Assembly (NCBI RefSeq): GCF_006345805.1
Contig: NC_043000.1
Coordinates: forward strand, 15,190,001 to 15,254,000
Direction of reading: 5' to 3'
DNA from: Octopus sinensis
Lineage: Eukaryota
Length of the DNA stretch: 64,000 nucleotides
The notes beneath the pieces were generated by a model. That model was given only the letters and a program-made list of their open reading frames with translations. It was not told where the DNA came from and ran no database searches. Below are positions 47,747-60,841 of the stretch, piece after piece (position 1 is the first letter of the stretch; every line of letters begins with the position of its first letter). The translations under genes were made by a program, and so were the position numbers.

Positions 47747-50302
47747 CTGAAATGAAATACAATTTAAACATATTAGTGCATTTACGCAGCACACTTCTTT
47801 CTAAAAACTATATCTGAAAATATTAGTAAGGGTTACCTTTGAGAATTGCTATAAATTACCAGCACAGATATTAACATCTGTACGGAAATAACATGGTCAG
47901 CATCCAACAAGCTAAAGAAAATTTTGAGAGCATCTCAACTGTCATATGACAGGCATTTGTCAAATATCCTCCATCAGGCATTTGCAACCAAGAGAATACC
48001 CTTCATCACGCATTTGCCATATTCTGAACGCCTTACTTCCTTGAGCATGGATACATTTATACTCCAATGTCTGGCAGCTGACTTTGGCAGACACCCATAA
48101 AATTATTAACCATCTTACAAACAATAACTCTGAGCACCTTTTTAAACTCCATCTGTCTAACACCCATGGACATGTTTACAAAGTCAGAAAACAGCACAGC
48201 TCCCATGACTTTCGGAAACATTTTTTCACGCTAAGAGTTGCTGAAGTATGGAACAAACTACCGGCATCAGTTGTTGGTTGTCAGAGCACTGCATCCTTCA
48301 AAACTTCCATGCTTCCTGAGATTCGCCAACACTACACCTGATTTTCTCCCCTCCATACACATGCAAGCATGTATCTGACTCATACACTGTTCACTTCTCA
48401 GACATTTGTACATTAGTACATATGCTTTATACGCACTTTTGACAAGTTGTGGTGCACCTGAGCACTGTATAAAAAAATTTCATTATTATAAAACTATACC
48501 TATTCTGTGTTACAGCAGAATCTCTTCTGCACTTCAGTTCTGAATCCTGGTCTCTTACGGTAGCCCAACAGCAATCACTACACAGCACCTACACCCAATT
48601 TCTGCACAAGGCTTTTAACATCTCTTATGCCAATCATATACCAAACAAGTTACTATATAGATCTTTACCACTCATCAGCCATCCAATCAAACAAAAACTG
48701 TTAAAATTCACAGGCTACTGTTCATGTTGAACAGATCACCCTGTCACTGCAATTCTTTTCTATAATCCTGTGGGGCCATTCAAACCTGGTGTTTGCCAGA
48801 CATATGTCCATGAACTTATGCAGGAAACAGGACTGAACACAATCTCGGAATTGATATGTGTGATGTTATTTCACACAGCCTGGAAAGAAATTCACTGATG
48901 AAGGATTACATCCAAAACATTGGATATTCCACTCTTCACAGCAAGTTCACTGTATCCCTTTCACTTTTTCCTATACAAAGCCACACAAGGTTCCTTATAG
49001 TTTGCCTATCATCGTTTAACGTCCACTTTCCATGCTAGCATGGGTTGGACGATTTGACTGAGGACTGGTGAACCAGATGGCTGCACCAGGCTCCAATCTG
49101 ATCTGGCAGAGTTTCTACATCTGGATGCCCTTCCTAATGCTAACCACTCCGAGAGTGTAGTGGTTGCTTTTACATACCACCGGCACGAGGGCCAGTCAGG
49201 TGGTACCAGCAACGGCCACAATCAAATGGTCTTTTTTACGTGCCACCTGCACAGGAGCCAGTCCAGTGGCACAGGCAACAGCCTCGCTCGAATGCTTTTT
49301 CACGTGCCAGTAAGACGACGCTGGTAACAATCATACTTGAATGGTGCTTTTTACATGCCACCGGCACGGAAGCCAGTTAGCTGCTCTGACAATGATCACG
49401 CTTGGATGGTACTCTTAGCGCTCCACTAGCACAGATGCCAGTCATCGAATTTGATTTTGATTTTGATTTCGCTTGCCTCAACAAGTCTTCACAAGCAGAG
49501 TTTAGTGTCTAATGAAGGAAAGGTGTGTATAAGTGGGCTGGTTACACCCCTGGCATAGGCCATAAGGTTATGGTCTCACTTGGCTTGCCGGGTCTTCTCA
49601 AACACAGCATATTTCCAAAGGTCTCAGTCACTAGTCATTGCCTTGGTGAGGCCTAATGTTCGAAGGTCATAAACCATTTGATCAATTTCTTTTATTGCTT
49701 GAACTTTTGATTCATTTTTAAAAAATTTTATTCAATCTCCAAGTACTAACTAGTTGCAATTATTTCATACTAAGCCTGTAAGCTGGTAAAATTATTGGCA
49801 TGACAGACAAGATGCTTAGTGGTTTCTTCTACCTTTTTATGTCCTGAATTCAAATGCTACCGAGGTCAACTTTGTCTTTCATCCTTTTAATAAAAAATAA
49901 ATGCTCATGGACCCGGTTTCCCGGTTTCTATAGCGTATGTGTTCCCCAGCTGGACTGGATGCCCGTCCATCACGGCGTTACTCATTTTTGCCAGCTGAGT
50001 GGACTGGAGCAACATGAAATGAAGTGTTTTGCTCAAGAACACAAAGCGTCGCCCGGTCCAGGAATCGAAACCACAATCTTACGATCATGGTACTGACACC
50101 CTAACCACTAAGCCACATGCCTCAACTTTCATCCTTTTAGGGTTGATAAAATAAAGGTATCAGTCAGGTATTGAGGCTCATGCAATTAACTAATCCCTTC
50201 CCCAAAAATTGTTTGATTTCCACCAAAATTTGTAGCAATTATTTTATAGTAATCAGTCAATATGTACAAAGAAGTAATTAATGTTAACATATATCAACTT
50301 AC

Positions 50303-50430
50303 ATGTATCTTAGTATTCATCAAAGAACGTTGGATGTAATCTACTTCTTCAGCTGAGATTCGTGGATGTTCATTTGGCTCATTGAACATAAAAAAATGCC
50401 AAAATATAAACCATAAAAAAGTAGCACCTC
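50303..50430 (-). CDS. SLC17 sialin-like exon D
   Basis: aatag acceptor; GATFLWFIFWHFFMFNEPNEHPRISAEEVDYIQRSL contains the PxxHPRISxxExxYI motif; CAT|GTAAGT donor. Confidence 0.9.
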
Positions 50431-50695
50431 CTATTGAAAGGAAAAAAAACAACAATGAAAGATTAATGAATATCATCGAATTATTTCAGGACATAACTGC
50501 TGGCAGCTCTGTATAAAAAATGGAAAACAGTATTATTCTTATATTTGTTGTTTGAACTAAAATCAATAAAAGGGCAGTGTCTTCAAGAATTTAAATGATC
50601 ATATTGACTCCACTGCTTATATTGCATCAGTCTCTATTTGTCCAAATGTTAAGTTACAAGACATAAAGAGATATAAAATAAACATACTCAATGTA

Positions 50696-51104
50696 GGCGC
50701 AGGAGTGGCTGTGTGGTAAGTAGCTTGCTAACCAACCACATGGTTCCGGGTTCAGTCCCACTGCGTGGCACCTTGGGCAAGTGTCTTCTGCTATAGCCCC
50801 GGGCCGACCAATGCCTTGTGAGTGGATTTGGTAGACGGAAACTGAAAGAAGCCTGTCGTATATATGTATATATATATATAAGTGTTGTGTGTCTGTGTTT
50901 GTCGCCCTAGCATTGCTTGACAACCGATGCTGGTGTGTTTACGTCCCCGTCACTTAGCGGTTCGGCAAAAGAGACAGATAGAATAAGTACTGGGCTTACA
51001 AAGAATAAGTCCCGGGGTCGATTTGCTCGACTAAAGGCGGTGCTCCAGCATGGCCACAGTCAAATGACTGATACAAGTAAAAGAGTAAAGAGTAAAGAGT
51101 AAAG
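50696..51104 (+). mobile_element. tRNA-derived SINE family A (copies: 1-152 -, 3979-4399 +, 26000-26405 -, 26988-27425 -, 36650-36870 - partial, 47018-47412 -, 57945-58335 +, 63617-64000 +)
   Basis: Box A/B-like head (tggctgtgtgg ... ggttcagtccc), a CORE-like ccttgggcaagtgtctt segment, an internal (TA/TG)n microsatellite and an (agtaaag)n tail. Confidence 0.88.
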
Positions 51105-52019
51105 TACACACTGTACCCAATGTATATATGCTGCATCCAATGTAATTAGACACACAAGAGATGTAGTGTAATCGCAGGCAGACTAACAGAGAATGCAAGC
51201 TTCATATGTGACAGATGTACTGAAACAGTACACACTATGAGCACAATGGAAATATAATTCTCTTAAATACCATCTTTTATTTCCAACAGTGTCCTCTCCA
51301 CTATATTTTACATTGATCACCTTCCTGAGCCATCATATTATCTCTCCTCTACCACCATAATACATCTCTCCCTCTTCCTATTCACTGGTGGTGTTGGCGG
51401 TACTGTTGGTGGAGGTGGTGGTGGTGCAGCTGCTGTTGATGTTGATGTTGAGCAAAGCGGTCTTCTGTAGTGAGAGAAGTCCGAAACATGGTCCTTTGCT
51501 ATTCATAAGATCCGCAGAAGAAAAAGCAGGTCAACCCCCGACACCGAGAGCATTGACAGATGGATGAATGTGCATCCAGGCTCAGCGGTTGTGTAGGAAG
51601 TCGGGGACAAGAAACAGGAAGAAAGAGTGAGAGAAATTTGGAGTGGAAAAGTACGACAGGGGTTGCCACCACCCCCTGCTGGAGCCTCGTGGAGCTTTAG
51701 GTGTTTTCACTCAATAAACACACACAACACCCTGTCTGGGAATTGAAACCATGATCCTCCGACCGCGAGTCCGCTGCCCTAACCACTGGGCCATTGCGCC
51801 TCCACTGCTGCTGCTGTTGATGACGATGGTGTTGATGGTGGTAGAAGTGTTGGTGATGAGCTGGTGGTGTTTATAGTGGTGAAGTGTTGGTGTTGGTGAG
51901 ATGGTGTCTGTGACGTTAGGAGAGAAGGACATTTAAGGCTTTGATTCCGGACCTCATGCCTTCAAAATAAGATTTAAAAAAAAAACACAACAAAGAAAAG
52001 TTCAAAATGACGTACTTAC

Positions 52020-52115
52020 CAAAAACATAGAATGGTGTCTCCCATCCACCAAACCAACTGTTACTGTTAAGTAATGACGTGATGTACGTAGACAGGATTA
52101 GACCCACTAACCCTC
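52020..52115 (-). CDS. SLC17 sialin-like exon C
   Basis: tgcag acceptor; (G)GLVGLILSTYITSLLNSNSWFGGWETPFYVF(G) contains the GWxxxFYVFG motif; G|GTAAGT donor. Phases 1/1. Confidence 0.88.
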
Positions 52116-52214
52116 CTGCAACACACAGAAGTACATTGTCAATAGTAAATGAAATCAAAACAATATTTAATATAATCATATCATATATACTAACGTTATT
52201 ATTAGTTACATATA

Positions 52215-53816
52215 CAGTTGCGGTCAAAATGTTCAGAACGGCATTGTTTTCGCCAGAAAAGTAGGTATAAGTTTTTATCAAAGTTGTGTTATATTCTATA
52301 ATTTTCACAGACAATAAATACGATATTAATTGTTATTGTCTGAGATTTTAGTGTAATTTGAGAGGATAATACAAAAGTTATGGATGATTCAGTGATTTAC
52401 AGCAAAACCCATGGCGGCCAAAATGATCAGAACGGTTGCTTTTACTCCATGTTTTAGTATATTTAACCGGCGAACTCTAATGTTTTGAATTTGTTTACGT
52501 GATGGTTCATTTACTAAACATTAGTAAGAATATCTGCAGTGTACTTTGTTAATATAATGCCACTTATTCCATTATCAATTCGTCAGCAGATTATTAAGCT
52601 TCGAAAGAAGGATAATTTAAGTATTGGGTCTATTGCAAAGATTGTTAACAAGTCAAAGTGTTGTTCATGGTATTCTTAAGGTCTTCGATGATTGTGGTTC
52701 GTGTGAAGCAAGAAAGTCTTCAACTAGGCCAAGAAAAACGACCAAGAGAGATCGTGCTATGGTAAAGTTGGTTAAAAAGGACAGATTTAAAACTGCTGCT
52801 GCTGTTTCTCGGAAAATGAGCATTGTATTGAAGAAAACTTTATCTCGAAAAACTGTGTCTCGTCGTTTAGTTGAACATGACCTACAAGCAAGATCACCAG
52901 CAGTGAAGCCACTGATCAGCTCCAAAAACAAAAAGTGTCGTCTTACCTTTGCAACCGAAAATGGCAAACGGTGCATTTCAGTGATGAATCTAAGTTTATG
53001 TTATTTGGCTCAGATGGGAAAAGGTACGTTCGTTGAAAAGTAGGTGAAAAATTGTCGCCTAAATGCCTTAAGACTAGTGTTAAATTCAGTAGAGGAAGTG
53101 TCATGATTTGGGGAATGATATCTGGAGATGGTGTGGGCCCTTTGGTGCGATTACATGGAAAGTTAAATGCAGGAGTTTATAAACAACTTGTAAATGATCA
53201 TGTCTTGCCTGTGCTGAGAAATTCAACTAAGCGACCACCCATATTCACGCAGGACAATGCCCCATGTCACAAGGCTAAGGTGGTCATAAACTTCCTCAAG
53301 GCTGAAAAGGTTATTATTATGGATTGGCCTGCTCAAAACCAAAATCTCAATCCTATTGAAAATGTGTGGAATATTCTAGGAGAACGTTCGAAAGCCAGAA
53401 ATCCGAAAACAACTGAGCAATTATGGAATGCCCTTCAGGAAGAATGGAATAAGATCACCCAGCAAGAAATTGAAAATTTAATTTCCTCATGCAGTCGAAG
53501 ATGTCAAAGTGTGATTGAAGCTAAAGGGCTTCACACTAAATATTAAATAATTCCAGTATTCTCTGTCATTTTTGATTATTTTGTTATTTTTTCAACTGTT
53601 CTGATCATTTTGGCCGCCATGGGTTTTGCAGTAAATCACTAAATCATCCATAACTTTTGTATTATCCTCTCAAATTACACTAAAATCTCAGACAATAACA
53701 ATTAATATTGTATTTATTGGCTGTGAAAATTATAGAATATGACACAACTTTGATAAAAACTTATACCTACTTTTCTGGCGAAAACAATGCCGTTCTGAAC
53801 ATTTTGGCCGCAACTG
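52215..53816 (+). mobile_element. Tc1-family IR/DR transposon, 1602 bp, disrupted DD34E transposase
   Basis: TA target duplication on both sides; 224-bp TIRs (52215-52438 and 53593-53816, 7 mismatches) with outer and inner direct repeats. Transposase runs from ATG 52557 to 53546 with FSDESKF, QDNAPCH and NPIENVW (D34E spacing), two frameshifts and one stop. Confidence 0.95.
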
Positions 53817-55990
53817 TAATACTTCTGATCAAATCATATTTATACACATTCACATACAGATGCATGCATGCATCCATCCATTCCTACATACATACATACA
53901 TACATACTACATACATACATACATACTACATACATACATACATACATATATATATATATATCTCTCTATATAAATGGCAGTTTGTCTGTGCGTGTTTCTG
54001 TGTGTCTGTTTGCTTGTACCCTCACCCTGACCACGGCTTTCAACTGATTCTGATGAAACTTGACACACACATAGCCCAATGTCATAATTCAAAACTAACG
54101 CAGCGAAAATTTTGAAAAGTTCCCCCAGTTCTGAAAAAAATCGATAAATTCGACATGGGGTCGAGAATCAGAAACACGAACCACAAACTGTCTAGGGGAC
54201 GCAACTCCACCTTTTTTAAATCTCCAAAAAAAATTTACCATCATTTTTTTCCATTTTTTTGCTATTTTTTGGCTATAACTCTCTAAAAATTCTTTATAGT
54301 TATTTCCCTTACAAACCTGAGCAACGCCGGGCGATACTGCTAGTTGTATATAAATGGCAATTTCTGTCTCTTTGTCTGTCTGTTGCCATCTTACTGCCTA
54401 TATCGGCAAACCAATCTTCATGAAATTTTGCATACCTGTTAAACTAATATCCAGTTCAATTATGGGCTAATTGGATTTCAATAAGGATCAATAATGGGAC
54501 CCCTATGGGGGGTGAGCTACTATATGATAAAATGAAAAGGGTGCAAAGTGTTAGGTTGAGGGAAATGTGGTAGCCTAATGATGGTGGTTGATATCAGGGA
54601 AGGGGAGGAGACAAGAAGAGACAGCGAGACAGGGAATGTAAGAGACAAAGAGAGAGAATGACAGAAAGGAACAGAGAGAGAATGTGTTTACTGAAGGGAA
54701 CAGAGAATTTTAATACTTTGTTCTTTACTTTTGACCTATCACTTAATGCATACACTTTAGTGAATTAACTATTGCATGCTCAGTCAAAACTTTTACAATA
54801 TGTCCAATAACAGATGTAAAGCTAATAAGTGAAAGGTAAAGTATTTTTATATTTGTTTTCAAATCACCGTATTAAGATTTATTAAAACTTTACCAACATA
54901 CTGAAACAATAACACTATAGATAATATCTTTCATTTTCTTCTGTAGATGAATAACCCATTGTTGTCAGACAAATTTTACAATAGAATATCTTATATAAAG
55001 TTTTGTTTATTCTATGTCAGACCATGCCTTCCCTGATAGATAGGTCTCTTGATCAGGGCAGATCTGTGCAATTTTTCACAAAATAATTCCTTGATGATCT
55101 TTTTTTCTTTTTAAATGATTTACATGTCTGTTGGGGCAAGTGAAATCGAAATCGAATTGAACGAATCCTATGACTGGCACCCGGCAGATGCCAGGACCCC
55201 TGGACTGGTGGTACGTAAAAAGTACTATCCGACTCGTGGCCAATGCCAGCGCCGCCTCGACTGGCTTCCGTGCCGGTGGCACGTAAAATGCACCAATCCG
55301 ACCGTGGCTGTTGCCAGCCTCGCCTGGCACCTGTGCAGGTGGCACGTAAAAAGCACCCACTACACTCACGGAGTGGTTGGCTTTAGGAAGGGCATCCAGC
55401 TGTAGAAACATTGCCAGATAAGACTGGAGCCTGGTGCAGCCTTCTGGCTTCCCAGATCCCCGGTCGAACCGTCCAACCCATGCTAGCATGGAGAACAGAC
55501 GTTAAACGATGATGATGATGATGATGATGTCTGTTCGACTGTTTCACATGATTCTATTCATTAAAACTTATTAAAACTCCAGAAGTTCTTACAACTTTGG
55601 TTGTCATAATGCTTTGCATTCGTTTATTTAATAAAAATTCCTCCTCATAATGACTTTGATTTCATTTTGTGATAGACAGCTATCATGCAGAAAATGCCAG
55701 CTTCCAAATCCTGTTTTCTGATTAGGTAAAATTGATTAAACTTTAAACCCATGCTAGCATGGAAAGCGGACGTTAAATGATGATGATGATGATATAAAAG
55801 AGAGGTGATGTGATGATGTTAATATAGGTTTTTTTCCAAAATTATTACTGAAGTGATATAGGTGAAGTGAACTTGTTTCAACTGGTAATGGCCTACTGAG
55901 AGCTTACCTCTTGTTATATAATGCTCTTTGAATAATATTGACATCTCTTATGAAGATCAAAAGTGATGGATGAAAGAGAAAACATATTAC

Positions 55991-56078
55991 CTGAACCAAT
56001 CACAGTGTTGAACTTGGATCTTTCACAAACAGGAACCCATTTCCCTTGTAATAAAATCAGCCCTGGAAATACACTTCC
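55991..56078 (-). CDS. SLC17 sialin-like exon B
   Basis: ttctag acceptor; GSVFPGLILLQGKWVPVCERSKFNTVIGS(G) contains the KWxPxxERS motif; phase-1 donor G|GTAATA. Not in the ORF track. Confidence 0.88.
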
Positions 56079-56476
56079 CTAGAAAGAGATGAAATGGTGA
56101 AATTGAGATAGAAATATCAAACACAAAGTAGAATAGTTTTACTTCTTATGTTTATGTATTTGTTTTGCAAGATTCCTGATGTGAATTTGTGTGTTGAAAC
56201 AGGTATTGTTATATTTCAGGATGACAAAACAGGAGGAGACACATGGGATGGAGAGTCACTGAAGAGGTCACAGGAGGTGTGATGAAAGACTTCCAGACAA
56301 AGGACATAAAGTAAGAACAATAATAAATCTGAAGTGAACAATGAATATATAATACATATGTTTATTTGCCCCCCCCCCAAATGAAACTAACAATCCTGAA
56401 ATATAACAATAGTTTTACCTCTGTTTCTCTTATTTCTGTCTTTTGTAATTTTACAGCCATTTTCCAAAGTTTAGAT

Positions 56477-56994
56477 CAGTCGTTCCCAAAGCGGGCAGTA
56501 CTACCCCCTGGGGATGGTCCGAAGATCCGGGGGGGCACTGAAGAAAAATGGGGCAATAATGGGGTGACCAAAATGGGGCAATGGATATAAAAAAGAACAA
56601 ATAAAATAAAGGGTTTATTAGGTTAATTCTGGGGAGAGTCATTTTCTTTTTGTGCCTTATAATGTAAACACACTCACCGGTAAAATTTCCACTCATTTCT
56701 TATTTTTATTTTCCTAAAATTTTCGTTGCGTCTTGCAACCTTTTCAATAGTCTAGTCTTGACTCTGTCCGTTATTTACAGAATATGCTTCAACACACAAA
56801 CTCATATAAAGAATCTTGCAAACCAAATCCCAAAACGAAATATTATTAGGTTAAGTTGTATTTATGAAATACTGTTGTTTTGAATTTGCTGCAGAAAACG
56901 GTTTATGTCTGTGCAGGTGAGCTGGGGTGGGGGCACGAGGAATGTGACCTTAGAACCACGGGGGCGGCAGCCTGAAAATGTTTGGGAACCACTA
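56477..56994. mobile_element. hAT (Charlie-like) MITE with nested Penelope-like fragment
   Basis: TIRs cagtcgttcccaaa / tttgggaaccacta; 8-bp TSD gtttagat / gtttagct. Confidence 0.7.
56713..56750 (-). ncRNA. Minimal hammerhead-like motif, U3-A8 variant
   Basis: CTA-TTGAAAA-G-GTTGC(AAGAC)GCAAC-GAAA-AT-TT-TAG. Stem I is only 3 bp in this copy. Confidence 0.4.
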
Positions 56995-57109
56995 GTTTAG
57001 CTGGTTCGTGTTTTGTTCTGTTGTAGCAGGATATATTTCCTGTCACTAATTCAACAGCTGCGTAGCTAGCATGGAATCTGACGTCAACTAAGTAAACCTG
57101 AGTCAAATA

Positions 57110-57113
57110 GAGT

Positions 57114-57170
<57 letters not shown>

Positions 57171-57515
57171 TGTGTACAGTGCTCAGGTGCACTACAACTC
57201 ATCTAAAGTGTATATATAATCAGGTGTAGTTTCGGCGGATTTCGGAAAGCATGAGGGCCTTAAAGGATGCAGTGTCATGGTAGTCAACAACTGACGCAGG
57301 CAGTTTATTCCATGCTTCAGCAACTCTGAGCGTGAAAAAATGTTTCCGAAAGTCATGGGAGCTGTGTTGTTTTCTGACTTTGTAGGCATGTCCATGTGTG
57401 TTAGACACATGGAGATCAAAAAGGTGTTCAGTGTTGTTGTTGGTGAGGTGGTTGATAACTTTGTGGGTGTTTACCAAGTCCGTCGCCAGACGCCGGAGCT
57501 TCAGTGAATCCATGA
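57110..57515 (-). mobile_element. CR1-like LINE 3' end, near-identical to 33660-34127
   Basis: Reverse-complement match to the 33660 copy; (ATA)n tail on the plus strand. Confidence 0.82.
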
Positions 57516-59713
57516 ATTATGTACCTTGATAACAAACATAATGCAAGGATGTATTATGCATCTTAGCATTCATATAACATGGGTGGTAGCACTTACTAGG
57601 GGGTGTTGTGAATTCGCAAGGAGGCAGTATATGTTGAGGAAGACTATAGGGCATAGTATCCCAACCTTTTCTACCTTGAGACACTCCAGTCAAGCCTTTC
57701 AGAAATCTATGGCCCCTCTATTAGAAGATCTGATATGATGGTTATTTTTTGATTCAACATCAATATAACGAAACTTTATCCCTGGATAATAACATTTGTG
57801 TAAGAAAACTATGTCCCTGAATTGATAATAAAAATTTTCTTTATTTCACCAATGTTGATATAATAAACATAAAATAGATGACAATACAAAAATGCAATAT
57901 AGACAACAATACAAAATATAACAGGACAATAATATTTATTATAGGAGAGGCTGTGTGGTAAGTAGCTTGCTTGCGAACCACATGGTTCCGGGTTCAGTCC
58001 CACTGCATGGCACCTTGGGCAAGTGTCTTCTACTTATAGTCTTGGGCCGACCAAAGACTTGAGTGGATTTGGTAGACGGAAACTAATAGAAGCCCATCGT
58101 ATATATGTATATGTATATATATATATATGTGTGTGTGTGTTTGTCCCACCAACATCGCTTAACAACCAATGCTGGTGTTTTTACGTCCCAGTAACTTAGC
58201 AGTTCAGCAAAAGAGACCGATAGAATAAGTACTAGGCTTACAAAGAATAAGTCCTGGGGTCGATTTGCTTGACTAAAGGCGGTGCTCCAGCATGGCCTAA
58301 GTCAAATGACTGAAACAAGTAAAAGAGTAAAAGAATATTGTGAAAATAGTATCAAGATGTATTTTTTGACTCTAAGTGATCAATCATGATACCACATACG
58401 TAAGTATATTTTGCAGCACACCAGTTGGGGACCTGTGCTATAGGGAATGCTGAGTTTTTAGAAAGTTGGGATTTTCCTTAGAAACAAAATATTTAAATCA
58501 GCTACAATATTTATATTTTAAACATTTTCAAAAAAAAAAAAAAATCTTTGTCATTGTCAAGATTTAAGTTACGAATACAACATTCTGTTATCAGTAAACA
58601 TAAATATGACTGATGATGTGTTAAGGTTCACTATGTGTTTACCATAGACAGTTCTACAATCTTTAAAGATTTCCATAAAGATTTAACATAGGGAACACCA
58701 CTTTCGTGAGTGCCCTTGAATTAAATATCTAATACAAGGCCCATGTTGGATGAGATACGATAATAAAATATATCTTTCTACTTTAGGCACAAGGCCTGTA
58801 AATTTTGGGGATGGGGTAAATTGATTACATCAACCCTAATGTTTCACTGGTACTTAATTTATCGACCCTAAAAGGATGAAAGGCAAAGTTGACCCTGGCA
58901 GCATTTGAACTCAGAACGTGAAGACAGACAAAATACCTATCTCTTTATTACCCACAAGGGGCTAAACATAGAGGGGACAAACAAGGACAGACATAGGTAT
59001 TAAGTCGATTACATCGACCCCAGTGCGTAACTGGTACTTAATTTATCGACCCCGAAAGGATGAAAGGCAAAGTCGACCTCGGCGGAATTTGAACTCACAA
59101 CGTAACGGCAGACGAAATACCGCTAAGCATTTCGCCCGGCGTGCTAACGATTCTGCCAGCTCGCCACTTTGGGATAATAAAATATAGATGGCAAATCACT
59201 GATTAAAATTATCTTTTTTTGGAAAAATTAGTACAAAAAGTGGTTGTAAAATGGCATTTAGAGAAAGGGGGCATTGAGTTACAAAGATCAAGCACTGTTC
59301 ATGTAGACATTTTACTAAATGTTTTATTTAGGGTAGTCTTCGTAGGAGGTAGTTTCTACAAAATGGCCCTGAAGAATTTCATTTTGATCTCATAGGCTTT
59401 TTTATTATATGATCACAAGCAAGTTATACTATTTTGCTTGGCATAGTCAACCTGTTCCATTCCTACTTTGTGGTTGAGTGGTTAGCATCAGGTAAAGTAT
59501 CCAGCCATAAATAACAAAAAGAATTTCTCCAGCAGTATGCACATATCCAAAATTGTCTATATATTACCATGAAACTGAAGCAAGTCACCATAATAGCCTT
59601 TAAAAGCATAATGCTATGGAGGATACATTTACATTACAAGCTTCTGAAAAAGACAGGAGACAAAAAGAAAAAAAAAAAAAGGAAAAGGAAAAAAAAGAAA
59701 AGAAAGTACTTAC

Positions 59714-59950
59714 TTGCGCAAGACCCATTAATCCCCGAATTACAGTAGCTAATGGGAAGCTGTATTTTGATGCTGATGGAAATGTAAACGTCAAGATGGC
59801 ACAAGCCAGAAGACCCCAACCGACTGTTAATTTGCCTCCAATTCTTTGTGAGATGATGCCCCAAGGAACTTGTGAGAGGAAATAGCCAACAAAAAATGCT
59901 GATGTTATAATTCCTTGTTGGTTGGGGGTCCAGTTAATACTGCCAGACAT
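59714..59950 (-). CDS. SLC17 (sialin-like MFS anion transporter) exon A
   Basis: ttatttccag acceptor; MSGSINWTPNQQGIITSAFFVGY...IRGLMGLAQ matches the SLC17 'W...QGIILSSFFYGY' and TM4 Arg motifs; CAA|GTAAGT donor. Probably an internal exon. Confidence 0.9.
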
Positions 59951-60744
59951 CTGGAAATAACAATAACAATAGAAAGGATAATAAAATTCTCAATTACAAT
60001 AGGGCTTTCTTACATTGGTACACATCCTCACATTTATAGAAGAGTAAGACTGGAATTTAATCTGGTGTATAACTGATAGTCATTTTATGGATTCCAGGAG
60101 GATTAAAAGCAAAATCAACATTCAGCTTTAGTGTGGAGTTTGATATGAGGAATCTCCATGGTAATCAGACATTATTATTATTATTATTATTATTTATTAT
60201 TATTATTATTATTACTATTGAGTGAGAGAGCAGTGCATGCCATCAAAGTGACACTAGGGTAAAATATACAAAGCCCAGTATACCCATATGATAAGGGTAC
60301 ACCAGGCACATGCATCATAACCATATGTGCATGACATGGTGATCTCATATCAAGATTAACAGTGCATGACCTTGCAGGTGGGGCCCAGTTAGAATTTTCC
60401 TCTGGTTGAGTAACCCATCCTGCTCAAAAGATCCCTGAATAAGGGTTGTTTAAGGATGTTGAACGAAACACCCATGTTTCCAGAGGTGAATTATTCAATC
60501 CCCAAAGAATCCCTCTCGACACATGGCTATGATGCTCCCCCACTACTTCTGCTTGTGATCAGAGATGCACATATCATCAGCCACTAAGGGATATGCTCAA
60601 CTTGTTAAGGTCAAACAACTGACAAGCAAATCTGTGGTATTGAGCAGAATATTTACTGTAGCCCATTTTTAATACCAAGACAAAACAATGTACATGATAA
60701 CACTTCCAGTCAGTTAAGATCAGAAGCCATGAGAGCCACAGGGC

Positions 60745-60841
<97 letters not shown>

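Noticed and set aside
51916-54115. Two ORFs sharing VKIIEY.TTLIKTYTYFSGENNAVLNIL as a duplicated gene
   Set aside because: The shared peptide is simply the translation of the Tc1 terminal inverted repeats.
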